A DNA stretch of 64,000 bases from Gemmatimonadales bacterium (GCA_035505915.1 DATJQI010000054.1:29854-93853); one strand, 5' to 3'. Positions 41,051-51,390 are shown, numbered from the stretch's first letter. Notes: generated by a model from the letters alone, not told the origin. Program-made: numbers and translations.

Positions 41051-42672
41051 TGGTTCAGGACCAGATTCGTGCGGCGTTGGCCGAAGCCGCGCGCCGTCTC
41101 GGCGCGCCCGGTGCGGACGTGGTCCTCGAGCGTCCGAAGGATCCGGGGCACGGCGATCTGGCGACCAACCTGGCGCTGGCGCTGGCCAAGAGCCTCCGGG
41201 CGAAGCCGCGGGACGCGGCCGCGCGGCTGCTCGAGTCCCTCGACCTGCCTCCGGGGGTGGTCCGGAAGACCGAGATCGCGGGACCCGGATTCATCAATTT
41301 CTTCCTGGCCGAGCAGGCGCTCGCGTCGGTGATCGAGACCGTGCTGGAGGCGGGGGCGCGGTACGGGCGGAGCGTGGCGCCGGGGGCTGGCCCGGTCAAC
41401 GTCGAGTTCGTGTCCGCCAACCCTACGGGTCCTCTGCACGTCGGCCACGGGCGACAGGCCGCGCTCGGGGACGGCATCGCGGCCCTGCTGGAATGGACCG
41501 GGTGGACGGTGAGCCGGGAGTTCTACTACAACGACGCGGGCGGCCAGATCGAGCGACTGACGGCCAGCGTCCTCGCCCGCCTCAAGGGCCAGGCGCCTCC
41601 GGAGGACGGATACCACGGCGACTATATCCGGGAGGTCGCCGAAGCGTACGGCGCTCAGGCCGGTTCGTCGGGGCCGCCCGCACCCGACGATGTCCGCCGC
41701 TTCGCGGTCGACTATCTCCGCAAGGAGCAGGACCGGGATCTTCAGGCGTTCGGGGTCAGGTTCGACACCTACTTTCTCGAGTCGTCGCTCTACCAAGAGG
41801 GGCAGGTCGATCACACGCTCAGGCGCCTCCAGGACGCCGGACACACCTACCGCCGGGACGGCGCGCTGTGGCTCAAGACCACGGATTTCGGAGACGACAA
41901 GGACCGGGTGCTTGTCCGCAGCGCCGAGAAGGGCGGTGAGCCCACCTACTTCGTGCCCGACGTCGCCTACCACGTCACGAAATGGGAGCGTGGGTTCCAC
42001 CGGGCCATCGACGTCCAGGGCGCCGACCACCACAGCACGGTGACGCGCGTGCGCGTGGGCCTTCAGGCGCTCGACCTGGGGATTCCGGCCGGCTATCCCG
42101 AGTACGTGCTCCACCAGATGGTGACGGTGATGAAGGGCGGGGAGGAGCTGAAGGTCTCGAAGCGCGCGGGATCTTACGTCACGCTGCGCGACCTGCTCGA
42201 CGAGGTGGGCCGGGACGCCGCGCGCTACTTCTTCCTGATGCGGAAGAGCGATTCGCATTTCGTCTTCGACGTGGACCTGGCGAAGCGGCAGACCGACGAG
42301 AACCCGGTCTTCTACGTCCAGATGGCGCACGCCCGGATGAGCGGGATCTTTCGCGTGGCGGGCCGCGACCCCGAATCCGTCACCGCGCGGGGCGTCGATC
42401 TGGCGGTCCTCACCCAGCCCGAGGAAGCGGAGCTCCTGAAGGATCTGGGCGACTTTCCCGCGGTGGTAGCGGGGGCGGCTCAGGCGCTCGAGCCGCACCG
42501 GATTCCGGACTACCTCTACGGGCTCGCCCGCGAGGCCCACGCCTGGTACCACAAGTACCGTGTGCTCGGCGAGCCCGAAGAGACCGCCCGGCTGGTGCTG
42601 GCGCGCGCGGTGCGGCAGGTGCTGGCGAACGGCCTCGCCCTGGTGGGGATCTCCGCCCCGGATCGGATGTGA
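41050..42672 (+). CDS. argS: arginine--tRNA ligase
   Basis: GDLATN N-terminal domain and HIGH-type motif ANPTGPLHVGHGR. The start overlaps the fmdB-like stop by 1 nt. Confidence 0.9.
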   Translation: MVQDQIRAALAEAARRLGAPGADVVLERPKDPGHGDLATNLALALAKSLRAKPRDAAARLLESLDLPPGVVRKTEIAGPGFINFFLAEQALASVIETVLEAGARYGRSVAPGAGPVNVEFVSANPTGPLHVGHGRQAALGDGIAALLEWTGWTVSREFYYNDAGGQIERLTASVLARLKGQAPPEDGYHGDYIREVAEAYGAQAGSSGPPAPDDVRRFAVDYLRKEQDRDLQAFGVRFDTYFLESSLYQEGQVDHTLRRLQDAGHTYRRDGALWLKTTDFGDDKDRVLVRSAEKGGEPTYFVPDVAYHVTKWERGFHRAIDVQGADHHSTVTRVRVGLQALDLGIPAGYPEYVLHQMVTVMKGGEELKVSKRAGSYVTLRDLLDEVGRDAARYFFLMRKSDSHFVFDVDLAKRQTDENPVFYVQMAHARMSGIFRVAGRDPESVTARGVDLAVLTQPEEAELLKDLGDFPAVVAGAAQALEPHRIPDYLYGLAREAHAWYHKYRVLGEPEETARLVLARAVRQVLANGLALVGISAPDRM

Positions 42673-42673
42673 C

Positions 42674-43597
42674 GTGAGTCTGCTCGTGGTGGGCTCCATC
42701 GCCCTCGACTCGGTGCAGACGCCGTTCGGCGAAACCGCCGACGCGCCGGGCGGATCGGCCGTGTTCTTCAGCGCCGCCGCGGCCATCCTGCATCCGGTGC
42801 AGGTGGTCGGCGTCGTGGGGTCGGACTACCCGCTGGGCGTGCTGCAGCGACTCACGGCGCGCGGCGTCGATCTGGCCGGTGTCGAGCAGGTGGCCGGCGA
42901 GTCGTTCCGGTGGAAGGGCAAGTACACCTACGATCTCTCCGGCCGCGAGACGCTCGAAACCCGGCTCGGCGTGTTCGCCGACTTCCGGCCCAAGATCCCG
43001 GAGAAGTTCCGCGCCGCCCGGTACGTCTTCCTCGGGAACATCGATCCCGGCCTGCAGCTCAACGTGCTCGATCAGGTGCGCGACCCCGCGCTCGTCGCGT
43101 GCGACACCATGAACTACTGGATTCAGTCCCGGCGGGAGGTGCTCCTCCAGGTGCTCCGCCACGTGGACCTGGTGATGGTCAACGACTCGGAGGCCCGCGA
43201 GCTGTCGGGAGACTGGAACGTCTACCGGGCGGCGCGCTGGATTCTCGATCACGGCCCGCGGTACTGCGTGATCAAGCAGGGGGAGCACGGTGCCCTCCTG
43301 GTCGGCGCGGACGCGACCTTCAAGGTGCCGGCCTATCCGCTCCAGGAAGTCTTCGATCCCACGGGCGCGGGGGATGCGTTCGCGGGGGGCTTCATGGCCC
43401 ATCTGGCGGAGACCGGCGATCATTCGCCCGAGAATCTCCGGCGCGCGATGGTGTACGGCGCGGCGATGGGATCCTTCGCGGTGGAGGCGTTCGGCATCCA
43501 GGGGCTCGACGCCGTGACGCCCGCCGATGTCCGCGCGCGCGCCCGGGGATTCCGGGAGCTGGTGCGGTTCGAGCTGGGAGAGGAGCACGGGGGATGA
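42674..43597 (+). CDS. PfkB-family carbohydrate/nucleoside kinase
   Basis: LLVVGSIALD N-terminus and DPTGAGDAFAGGF signature. Confidence 0.8.
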   Translation: MSLLVVGSIALDSVQTPFGETADAPGGSAVFFSAAAAILHPVQVVGVVGSDYPLGVLQRLTARGVDLAGVEQVAGESFRWKGKYTYDLSGRETLETRLGVFADFRPKIPEKFRAARYVFLGNIDPGLQLNVLDQVRDPALVACDTMNYWIQSRREVLLQVLRHVDLVMVNDSEARELSGDWNVYRAARWILDHGPRYCVIKQGEHGALLVGADATFKVPAYPLQEVFDPTGAGDAFAGGFMAHLAETGDHSPENLRRAMVYGAAMGSFAVEAFGIQGLDAVTPADVRARARGFRELVRFELGEEHGG

Positions 43598-44619
43598 GCG
43601 ACCGCTACGGCGCGGCGGGGGTCCGGCTGGATGTCGCGGAAGACGCGAAGCGGCGCATCGGCGCGCTGGTCGCCACGACGCGGACGCCGCTCGCGCTGGG
43701 GAAGATCGGCGCCTTCGGCGGGATGGTGCGCGTCCCCCCCGGGTACGACAAGCCGGTCCTGGTCCTTTCGACCGACGGCGTGGGCACCAAGGTGCTCGTC
43801 GCGGCGCGGGCCGGCGTCCACGACACGGTCGGCGAAGACCTGGTGAATCATTGTGTCAACGACATCCTGGTGCACGGCGCCCGGCCCCTCGCCTTCCTCG
43901 ACTACATCGCCGCCGGCGTGCTGGATCCCGCCGTCGCGGCGTCCCTCGTGGAGGGGATCGCGCGCGGATGCCGGGCCCACGGCATGACGCTCGCCGGCGG
44001 CGAGACCGCCCAGCTGCCGGATCTCTACTCGGCCGGCCACTACGACCTGGCGGGGACCATCGTCGGCGTGGTCGATGAAGACCGGGCGCTGCACGGGGAC
44101 CACGTCGCGCCGGGGGACGTGTTGATCGGCTACGCGTCGAACGGACTCCACACCAACGGCTACACCCTGGCGCGCCGCATCGTCTTCGATGAGATGCGTC
44201 TGGACATCCGGGATCCGTTCCCGGAGACCGGCGAGACCGTGGCGCAGGTCTTGCTCGCGGTGCATCGGAGCTATGCGGAGGCTGTGACGCCGGTCATCCC
44301 CCGGCTCCACGCGCTGGCGCACATTACGGGCGGCGGCATCGCCGGCAATCTGGTGCGGGTGCTCCCCGAGGGGTGCGTGGCGCTTGTGGACGCCGGCGCC
44401 TGGCAGTGGCCGCCCCTCTTCCGGGTGCTGATGCGCGCGGGTCAGGTGTCGGTGGCCGAGATGCGGGACGTCTTCAACCTCGGCGTCGGCATGGTCGCGG
44501 TCACGGCCCGGGGCGACGTGGAAGCCGTGGTCGCGGCGGCGGCGCGGGTGGGAATTCCCGCCTGGGTGATCGGCGAGATCCGGGCGGGAGCGGTCGGAGT
44601 GCAGTTCACGCAGCGATAA
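43594..44619 (+). CDS. purM: phosphoribosylformylglycinamidine cyclo-ligase
   Basis: YGAAGV, STDGVGTKV and the AIR synthase layout. ATGA overlap with the previous stop. Confidence 0.9.
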   Translation: MSDRYGAAGVRLDVAEDAKRRIGALVATTRTPLALGKIGAFGGMVRVPPGYDKPVLVLSTDGVGTKVLVAARAGVHDTVGEDLVNHCVNDILVHGARPLAFLDYIAAGVLDPAVAASLVEGIARGCRAHGMTLAGGETAQLPDLYSAGHYDLAGTIVGVVDEDRALHGDHVAPGDVLIGYASNGLHTNGYTLARRIVFDEMRLDIRDPFPETGETVAQVLLAVHRSYAEAVTPVIPRLHALAHITGGGIAGNLVRVLPEGCVALVDAGAWQWPPLFRVLMRAGQVSVAEMRDVFNLGVGMVAVTARGDVEAVVAAAARVGIPAWVIGEIRAGAVGVQFTQR

Positions 44620-44639
44620 CCATCTGGGGAGGCGGAACT

Positions 44640-45554
44640 ATGCGGCGCTTGGGATTCCTGCTGGGATTGGCGCTCTTCGTGAGCGGCCCCCTCTCGGCGC
44701 AGTGCAACTCGGACTGTCAACGGGCGGAGGACGCGGTGAAGTCCTTCCACCCGCTCGCCGGTCTGATCGTGAGCGGCGGCAACCCGGTGCTGGGATCGGG
44801 CGGCACGCTGGGTGGTCTCGGGCACTTCTTCGTCTCCGCCCGGGTGAACGCGGTCAAGGTGGCGCTCCCGTCCACCAGCACCACGAGCGACAGCAGCACG
44901 TCGGCCGTGGTGCCGGCGCCCGTGGTCGAAGCGGGCATCGGCATCTGGAACGGCCTCGGCGGCGGCCTCCTGTCCGTCGATGCGCTCGCGTCCGCCACGC
45001 TCCTGCCCACCACGCAGGTGGCGAACCTCTCGGTCGACCCGAACGCGACCAAGATCGGCAAGATCGCGCTCGGTCTGGGCTACGGCGCGCGGGTGGGCAT
45101 CCTGCGCGGGAGCTTCCTCATTCCGTCGATCAGCCTGAGCGTGATGCGGCGGTCGCTGCCGCGACTCCAGTACGGCACCCTCGGCTCATCGGTGTCGCCG
45201 GACAGCGCGTTCTCGTTCAACACGGACCTGCACGCGACCAACTTCCGGCTGGTGGCGGGGATGCACCTCCTGCTGCTCGATGTCGCGGCGGGGGTGGGCT
45301 ACGACATCTACACGTCCACGGCGCACATCAACTACTACAACACGCTCGTGACCACGGCCAGCGACACGCTCAACCTGAACAACAAGCGCGAGCTACTGTT
45401 CCTGGACGCCGGCATCAATCTGGTGCTCCTCAAGGTCGTGGGTGAAGTCGGGTTCCAGACCGGCAAGGATCAGGGTCTCACCACCAGTTACCAGGGTCTC
45501 GACCCCAAGTCGGGACACGTGTTCGGTGGGGTCGGGGTCCGCATCAGCTTCTGA
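44640..45554 (+). CDS. hypothetical outer-membrane beta-barrel protein
   Basis: GGAGG lies before the ATG. Signal peptide MRRLGFLLGLALFVSGPLSAQ, alternating strand pattern and C-terminal GVGVRISF ending in Phe. Confidence 0.6.
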   Translation: MRRLGFLLGLALFVSGPLSAQCNSDCQRAEDAVKSFHPLAGLIVSGGNPVLGSGGTLGGLGHFFVSARVNAVKVALPSTSTTSDSSTSAVVPAPVVEAGIGIWNGLGGGLLSVDALASATLLPTTQVANLSVDPNATKIGKIALGLGYGARVGILRGSFLIPSISLSVMRRSLPRLQYGTLGSSVSPDSAFSFNTDLHATNFRLVAGMHLLLLDVAAGVGYDIYTSTAHINYYNTLVTTASDTLNLNNKRELLFLDAGINLVLLKVVGEVGFQTGKDQGLTTSYQGLDPKSGHVFGGVGVRISF

Positions 45555-45576
45555 CCCATCCGGCGAATCCGCCGCG

Positions 45577-46647
45577 ATGACGCGCGCCCTCGATCTCGCC
45601 TGGCGGGGTTGGGGGCGCGTGGCGCCGAATCCCCTGGTGGGCGCGGTCGTGCTGGCCGGGGGACAGGTGGTGGGCGAGGGCTGGCACGCCGAATACGGCG
45701 GACCGCACGCGGAAGTCGCGGCCCTGGCGGCGGCGGGGACGCGGGCCCGTGGGAGCACGCTGGTCGTCACGCTGGAGCCTTGCGCGCATCACGGCAAGAC
45801 GCCGCCGTGCACAGAGGCGATCCTTGGGGCCGGCGTGCGGCGGGTGGTGGCCGCCATCGGAGATCCCGATCCCGCCGCGGGCGGCGGGTCGGCCGTGCTG
45901 CGCGAGGCGGGCGTGGACGTCGCGCTGGGCGTGGAGGCGGCCGCCGCCGCGGCACAGAACGCGCCCTTTCTGCACGTCCGCGCCGTGTCCGATCGCCCGT
46001 TCGTCGCCCTGAAGCTCGCCACCTCCATCGACGGCCGGATCGCCGACCGCGCGGGCCAGTCGCAATGGGTTTCGGGACCCGAGGCGCGGGAGTACGTGCA
46101 CTGGCTCCGCGCCGGTTTCGACGCCATCGCCGTCGGCGGCACGACGGCGCTCCGCGACAACCCCCGGCTCACGGTGCGGGGCGCCGTCGCGCCGCGACGT
46201 CCGCCGGTCCGCGTGGTCTTCGACCGCCGGGCCATGCTGAACCCAACCGTGACGCTGGTGCAGACGGCGCGGGAGGTGCCCACGTGGGTGATGTCGTCCC
46301 CCGACGCTCCGGTGAACAGCGTGTCGGTGCTCGATGCCAACGGTGTGCGGGTCTTCCGGCCGTACGACCTCCCGGCCGCCCTGACCGAGCTCCGCGCCGC
46401 CGGGATCCAGTCGGTGTTATGTGAAGGAGGGGGAGCGCTGGGCGCCAAGCTGCTGTCGCTCGGGCTGGTGGACCGGCTCTATTGGGTTCAGGCGCCGCTG
46501 TGGCTGGGGGAGGGGGCGGTGCCCGCGTTCCCCCAGGTGGCGGATGCTCCGATCGACCAGGCGCCGCGGTGGATTCCGGTCGAGCGTAAGGCTTTGGGAG
46601 CCGATACGTTACTCGTCTTGGACCGCAGGCTATGTTTACCGGCATAG
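45577..46647 (+). CDS. ribD: bifunctional riboflavin biosynthesis deaminase/reductase RibD
   Basis: NPLVGAVV, HAEV and PCAHHGKTPPC deaminase motifs plus a C-terminal reductase domain. Confidence 0.9.
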   Translation: MTRALDLAWRGWGRVAPNPLVGAVVLAGGQVVGEGWHAEYGGPHAEVAALAAAGTRARGSTLVVTLEPCAHHGKTPPCTEAILGAGVRRVVAAIGDPDPAAGGGSAVLREAGVDVALGVEAAAAAAQNAPFLHVRAVSDRPFVALKLATSIDGRIADRAGQSQWVSGPEAREYVHWLRAGFDAIAVGGTTALRDNPRLTVRGAVAPRRPPVRVVFDRRAMLNPTVTLVQTAREVPTWVMSSPDAPVNSVSVLDANGVRVFRPYDLPAALTELRAAGIQSVLCEGGGALGAKLLSLGLVDRLYWVQAPLWLGEGAVPAFPQVADAPIDQAPRWIPVERKALGADTLLVLDRRLCLPA

Positions 46648-47240
46648 TCACCGCCGTCGGCCGGGTAAAGGCCGGGAAGCGGGAAGCGGGAAACGGGAAG
46701 CGTGATCCCGGGCTCACGCTCACGATTCTGGCGCCGTATCGGGGCTTGAAGCGCGGCGAGAGTATCGCCGTCAACGGCGCCTGCCTCACCGTCGAGCAGG
46801 TGATCCGGGGCGGGTTTACGGTCCACGTGATCGCGACGACGCTGGACCGGACCCTCGTCGGGGAGTACGCGCCGGGGCGGCGGGTCAACCTCGAGCGGGC
46901 GATGAGGGCCGGCGACCGGCTGGGCGGCCACATCGTGCAGGGGCACGTCGACGGTGTGGCCCGGGTGACGGTGGTGACGGATCGGGACGACGCCCGACTC
47001 GTGGACCTCGAGGTGCCGGCGGAGGTCCGTGAGATCACCGTGCCGCACGGATCGATCACGGTCGACGGCGTGAGCCTCACCGTAAACGCGCTGCCCGCCT
47101 CGGGCGCGGTGCAGGTGTCGTTGATTCCGTTCACCCGCGCGCATACCACGCTCGGAGCGGTGGGGGTGGGGGACCGGGTGCACGTCGAAGGGGATGTCCT
47201 GGGGAAGTACGTGAGGGCGTTATGTCGCACGAGCTCGTAG
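46632..47240 (+). CDS. ribE: riboflavin synthase
   Basis: MFTGIV N-terminus and duplicated lumazine-binding repeats ([22 protein letters not shown]). Confidence 0.9.
   Translation: MFTGIVTAVGRVKAGKREAGNGKRDPGLTLTILAPYRGLKRGESIAVNGACLTVEQVIRGGFTVHVIATTLDRTLVGEYAPGRRVNLERAMRAGDRLGGHIVQGHVDGVARVTVVTDRDDARLVDLEVPAEVREITVPHGSITVDGVSLTVNALPASGAVQVSLIPFTRAHTTLGAVGVGDRVHVEGDVLGKYVRALCRTSS
46674..46701 (+). repeat. GGGAAGC heptamer array (4 units), canonical G3N4G3N4G3N4G3 motif
   Basis: GGGAAGC GGGAAGC GGGAAAC GGGAAGC. It starts 43 nt into ribE and is translated as [10 protein letters not shown]. Confidence 0.85.
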
Positions 47241-48427
47241 AGCAGGCGATCGCGGACATCCGCGCCGGCAAGCTGGTGATCGTCGCGGACGACGAAGATC
47301 GCGAAAACGAAGGGGACCTGGTCGGAGCGGCCGAAGGGGTGACTCCGGCGATGGTCAATTTCATGGCCACGCACGGGCGCGGGCTCATCTGTCTCACGCT
47401 CACGCCCGACCGCTGCCAGGCGCTCGGCCTTTCGCAGATGACGGAGCACAACAGTGAGTCGCGCGAGACCGCCTTCACCGTCTCGATCGACGCGGCGGCG
47501 CGGTTCGGCGTCACCACCGGCATTTCGGCGGCCGACCGCGCCGCGACCATCCGGGTCGCCATCGACCCGGCCTCGGTGCCCGGCGATCTGCGCCGCCCGG
47601 GGCACGTCTTTCCCCTGCGCGCGCGGCCCGGCGGTGTGCTCCAGCGCGTGGGCCAGACCGAGGCCAGCGTAGACCTCGCGCGGCTGGCGGGGTGCTATCC
47701 CGCCGGCGTGATCTGCGAAATCCTGAACGACGACGGCACGATGGCCCGGCGCCCGCAGCTCGACCGCTTCGCGGCCGAGCACGGCCTGACGTTCATCACG
47801 GTGGCCCAGCTGGTGCAGTACCGGCTGGCGAACGAGCGTCTCGTCCACCGCGTGGCGAGCGCCCGGCTCCCCACCGCGGCCGGCGAGTTCCGCATCGTGG
47901 GTTACCGCAACGACGTCGACGACGCCGAGCACGTGGCCCTGGTCTACGGGGACGTCACGGGGCAGGAGTCCGTGCTGGTGCGGATGCACTCCAAGTGCCT
48001 CACCGGCGACGTGTTCGGGTCGGCCCGGTGCGACTGCGGCTGGCAGCTCGAGAGCGCGATGCACACCATCGCCCGCGAGGGCCGCGGCGTGATCGTCTAC
48101 CTCGATCAGGAAGGGCGGGGAATCGGGCTCCTCAACAAGCTCAAGGCCTACGAGCTGCAGGACGCCGGCGACGACACCGTGGAGGCGAACGAGAAGCTCG
48201 GGTTCAAGCCCGATCTCCGGAACTACGGCATCGGCGCGCAGATCCTGCTCGATCTGGGCCTGTCGTCCATCCGGGTGCTCACCAACAATCCCAAGAAGCT
48301 GGTGGGGCTCGAGGGGTACGGCCTCGAAATCGTCGAGCGCCTGCCGATCGTCCCGCCGCCGTCCGAGGAAAACCGCGCCTATCTGGACGTGAAGCGCGAC
48401 AAGCTCGGGCACCTGCTCACCCACTGA
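47222..48427 (+). CDS. ribBA: bifunctional 3,4-dihydroxy-2-butanone-4-phosphate synthase / GTP cyclohydrolase II
   Basis: [11 protein letters not shown] (RibB) and SARCDCG (RibA zinc site) motifs. Confidence 0.9.
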   Translation: MSHELVEQAIADIRAGKLVIVADDEDRENEGDLVGAAEGVTPAMVNFMATHGRGLICLTLTPDRCQALGLSQMTEHNSESRETAFTVSIDAAARFGVTTGISAADRAATIRVAIDPASVPGDLRRPGHVFPLRARPGGVLQRVGQTEASVDLARLAGCYPAGVICEILNDDGTMARRPQLDRFAAEHGLTFITVAQLVQYRLANERLVHRVASARLPTAAGEFRIVGYRNDVDDAEHVALVYGDVTGQESVLVRMHSKCLTGDVFGSARCDCGWQLESAMHTIAREGRGVIVYLDQEGRGIGLLNKLKAYELQDAGDDTVEANEKLGFKPDLRNYGIGAQILLDLGLSSIRVLTNNPKKLVGLEGYGLEIVERLPIVPPPSEENRAYLDVKRDKLGHLLTH

Positions 48428-48428
48428 C

Positions 48429-48908
48429 GTGGCCGAGCTCCGCGGTACTCCCCGCGCGCCGGGCACGCGGCGCGTCGCGCTGGTCGTCAGCCGCTACCAC
48501 GAGCTGATCACCGGCAAGCTGCTGGACGGCGCGCGCCGCGCCTGCCGGGAGCACGGCGTCGCCGACACCGCCGTCGACGTGCTCTGGACCCCCGGCGCCT
48601 TCGAGCTTCCGGTCGCGGCGGAGGCCGCCGCGGCGTCCGGCCGCTATGGCGCGATCGTGGCGCTCGGGTGCGTCATCCGCGGTGAAACCCCTCACTTCGA
48701 GTATGTCGCCGGCGAGGCGGCCCGCGGGCTCGGCAACGTCGCCCTGGCGCACCGCGTGGCGGTGGGGTTCGGGGTCTTGACCGTCGAAAGCGAGGCGCAG
48801 GCCCAGGCGCGGGCCGGCGGGGCGGCGGGGAACAAGGGCTACGAGGCGGCCGAGGCGGCCCTCGCCACCGCCGATCTGCTGGCGCAGCTGCCTCGTGCTG
48901 CGCGCTGA
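48429..48908 (+). CDS. ribH: 6,7-dimethyl-8-ribityllumazine synthase
   Basis: VPGAFELP-type motif (TPGAFELPVAA) and TPHFEYV. Confidence 0.9.
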   Translation: MAELRGTPRAPGTRRVALVVSRYHELITGKLLDGARRACREHGVADTAVDVLWTPGAFELPVAAEAAAASGRYGAIVALGCVIRGETPHFEYVAGEAARGLGNVALAHRVAVGFGVLTVESEAQAQARAGGAAGNKGYEAAEAALATADLLAQLPRAAR

Positions 48909-49308
48909 GACCAAGGCGCGCGCGCGCGCCCTCCAGATCCTCTACGCGTGGGATCTCTCCGGCCGGCCGTCGCTGGAGGCGGTCGTCGCCCGGCTGGGCA
49001 CGGCGTTCGGACACGAGCCCGAGGGGTATGACCGCGGCGCCGACCTCGCGGCGCGCGCCGCGGCCTCCACCGAGGACTTCGACGCGCGGGTGGCGGACGC
49101 GGCGGAGCACTGGCGGCTCGAGCGGGTCGGCGCCATCGAGAAGAACATCCTGCGCATCGCGCTGGCCGAGCTGGACGAGGGGGAGACCCCGCCCCGCGTC
49201 GTCATCGACGAGGCCGTCAAGCTGGCCCACTGGTTCGCCGGCCCCAAGGCGCCGGCGTTCGTGAACGGCGTCCTCGACGCGGTCGCCCGCGAGCAGGGCC
49301 TGCTGTGA
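48895..49308 (+). CDS. nusB: transcription antitermination factor NusB
   Basis: RARALQILYAWD N-terminus and its classic position after ribH. Confidence 0.85.
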   Translation: MLRAETKARARALQILYAWDLSGRPSLEAVVARLGTAFGHEPEGYDRGADLAARAAASTEDFDARVADAAEHWRLERVGAIEKNILRIALAELDEGETPPRVVIDEAVKLAHWFAGPKAPAFVNGVLDAVAREQGLL

Positions 49309-50444
49309 GGATCCTGCTGGTCAACTGGAACGACCGGGAGAACCCGCACGCGGGCGGCGCCGAGATCCATCTGCACGAGATCTTCGGGCGCCTGGCGCGT
49401 GCCGGCCACCGGATCGATCTCGTGGCGAGCGGCTGGCCCGGCGCGAGCCCCGAGGCCACCATCGACGGCATGCGGGTGCGGCGGGTGGGCGGCCGGAATT
49501 CGTTCGCGCTCCGGGGGCGGCGTGAAGCGCGCCGGCTGCTCGCGTCGGGCGGGTACGACATCGTGGTCGAGGACATCAACAAGGTCCCGCTCTTTCTCGC
49601 GTCGGCCACGCGCCTGCCGTTCTGCGTGATCATCCCCCACCTCTTCGGCACGACGGCGTTCGCCGAAGCGAGCTGGCCGGTGGCGGCGGTGGTCTGGGCC
49701 GCCGAGCGACCCATCCCGTGGGCCTACCGGCGCGCCGCCTTCCATGCCATCTCGGACAGCACCAAGGCGGATCTGGTCACCCGCGGCGTGCCCGCGGATC
49801 GCGTCACCGTGATCTATCCCGGCGTCGACGCGGCGTGGTATCGCCCCGACCCGGCGGTGCGGCGCGCCGCTCGGCCCACCTTCCTGTACGTCGGACGGCT
49901 CAAGCGTTATAAAGGAGTGGAGTACGCGGTGCGCGCGGTCGCCGCCGCCCGCGCCGCCGGGACCGATCTCGCGCTCGAGATCGCGGGAAAGGGGGACGAC
50001 CGCCCCCGGCTCGAAGCGCTGGTCCGCGCGCTGGGCCTGGGGGACGCGGTGCGGTTCCTGGGCTTCGTCGCGGACGACGAGAAGCGGCGGCTGCTCCGGA
50101 CCGCCTGGGGCGTGGTGTTCCCGAGCCCCAAAGAAGGCTGGGGCATCACCAACGTCGAGGCCGCGGCGTGCGGGACGCCCGCGGTGGCGTCCGACAGCCC
50201 GGGGCTCCGCGAGTCGGTCCGCGACGGCGAAACCGGGTATCTCGTGCCCCACGGCGACGTCGCCGCCCTCACCGCGCGCCTCGACTCCCTGGCCCGGGAC
50301 CCCGCCGCCGTGGAGCGGTTGGGGCGCGGGGGCCGGCGGTTCGCGGAAGGGCTCACGTGGGAGCGGGCGGCGCAGGAGACGGAGCGGCACCTGACGCGCA
50401 CCATCGAAGGCGGGAGGTCGAGTGGCGAATCCCAAGGTCCGTGA
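49305..50444 (+). CDS. GT4-family glycosyltransferase
   Basis: GGAEIH N-terminal motif and the C-terminal E(x7)E region (EGWGITNVEAAACGTPAV). Confidence 0.8.
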   Translation: MRILLVNWNDRENPHAGGAEIHLHEIFGRLARAGHRIDLVASGWPGASPEATIDGMRVRRVGGRNSFALRGRREARRLLASGGYDIVVEDINKVPLFLASATRLPFCVIIPHLFGTTAFAEASWPVAAVVWAAERPIPWAYRRAAFHAISDSTKADLVTRGVPADRVTVIYPGVDAAWYRPDPAVRRAARPTFLYVGRLKRYKGVEYAVRAVAAARAAGTDLALEIAGKGDDRPRLEALVRALGLGDAVRFLGFVADDEKRRLLRTAWGVVFPSPKEGWGITNVEAAACGTPAVASDSPGLRESVRDGETGYLVPHGDVAALTARLDSLARDPAAVERLGRGGRRFAEGLTWERAAQETERHLTRTIEGGRSSGESQGP

Positions 50445-51390
50445 TCTCCTGGCCCGGAAGGCCGAGCCGCTGCAGCTGGAGGCGCTGACCGGCGAGGTCG
50501 GGTTCGACAAGGAGATTCCCACCCCCGAGGCGTCGAGCCCGGGGCTCGTGCTCTCCGGCTACACGGCCCGCTTCGTCGGCAACCGCATTCACGTGCTGGG
50601 CGAGACCGAAGTGACCTACCTCGCCTCGCTGGACGCGGCGGCCCGCCGCCGGACCCTCGAGGCCCTGTTCGCCTTCGACCTGCCGGTCGTGGTCATCACC
50701 AAGGGACAGGCGGCGCCGCCCGAGCTGCTCGCGCTGGCGCAGGAGCGCGGGGTGGCCCTGGTCCGCACCCAGCTCAAGACGGCGGAGTTCTACCGCCGCC
50801 TGAAGCCCTTTCTGGACGACGCCTTCGCGCCGACCACCACGGTCCACGCTTCGCTGGCCGACGTGTTCGGCGTCGGACTGCTCTTCCTGGGCCGCTCCGG
50901 CATCGGCAAGAGCGAGTGCGTCCTCGATTTGGTCGAGCGGGGACACCGTCTGGTGGCGGACGACGTGGTCCACGTCACCCGGCGGGGGAACGACGTCCTC
51001 ATCGGACGGGGGCACGAGCTGTCGCGGCACTTCATGGAGATCCGCGGCGTCGGCCTGATCGACATCAAGGCCCTGTTCGGGATCCGCGCGGTCCGCCAGC
51101 AGAAGCGCATCGAAGTCGTGGTCCAGCTCGACGACTGGGACGCGAACCGCGAATACGACCGCACCGGCCTCGACCGCCAGGAGACCACGCTCCTGGGCGT
51201 GGCGCTTCCCCTCGTGACGGTCCCGCTGAACCCCGGGAAGAATCTGACGGTTATCTGCGAGGTGGTGGCGATGAACCATCTCCTCCGGTACGGCGGGGTG
51301 GACTCGGCCAAGGAATTCAACGAGCGGTTGATGCGGAGCATGCAGCAGCGGCGGGATGTCGGGACGTATCTCGAGGAAGACGATGAGTGA
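50422..51390 (+). CDS. hprK: HPr kinase/phosphorylase
   Basis: Walker A GRSGIGKSE, LVADD and MEIRGVG motifs. GGGAGG lies before the GTG. Confidence 0.88.
   Translation: MANPKVRDLLARKAEPLQLEALTGEVGFDKEIPTPEASSPGLVLSGYTARFVGNRIHVLGETEVTYLASLDAAARRRTLEALFAFDLPVVVITKGQAAPPELLALAQERGVALVRTQLKTAEFYRRLKPFLDDAFAPTTTVHASLADVFGVGLLFLGRSGIGKSECVLDLVERGHRLVADDVVHVTRRGNDVLIGRGHELSRHFMEIRGVGLIDIKALFGIRAVRQQKRIEVVVQLDDWDANREYDRTGLDRQETTLLGVALPLVTVPLNPGKNLTVICEVVAMNHLLRYGGVDSAKEFNERLMRSMQQRRDVGTYLEEDDE

Noticed and set aside
45555-45576. Expected FMN riboswitch upstream of the rib operon, and expected SAM riboswitch upstream of metK (55716..55732)
   Set aside because: The intergenic gaps are only about 22 nt and 17 nt, too short for either aptamer, and the upstream sequence is coding.
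48942-50522. 526-aa minus-strand ORF opposite nusB and the glycosyltransferase. Similar long antisense ORFs occur at 8233..9438, 9628..10707, 12565..14346, 14357..15970, 18657..20297, 33877..35525, 53577..55727 and 62116..63870.
   Set aside because: All lie opposite genes with strong family signatures and have the Arg/Gly/Pro/His-rich composition of antisense GC-rich frames.
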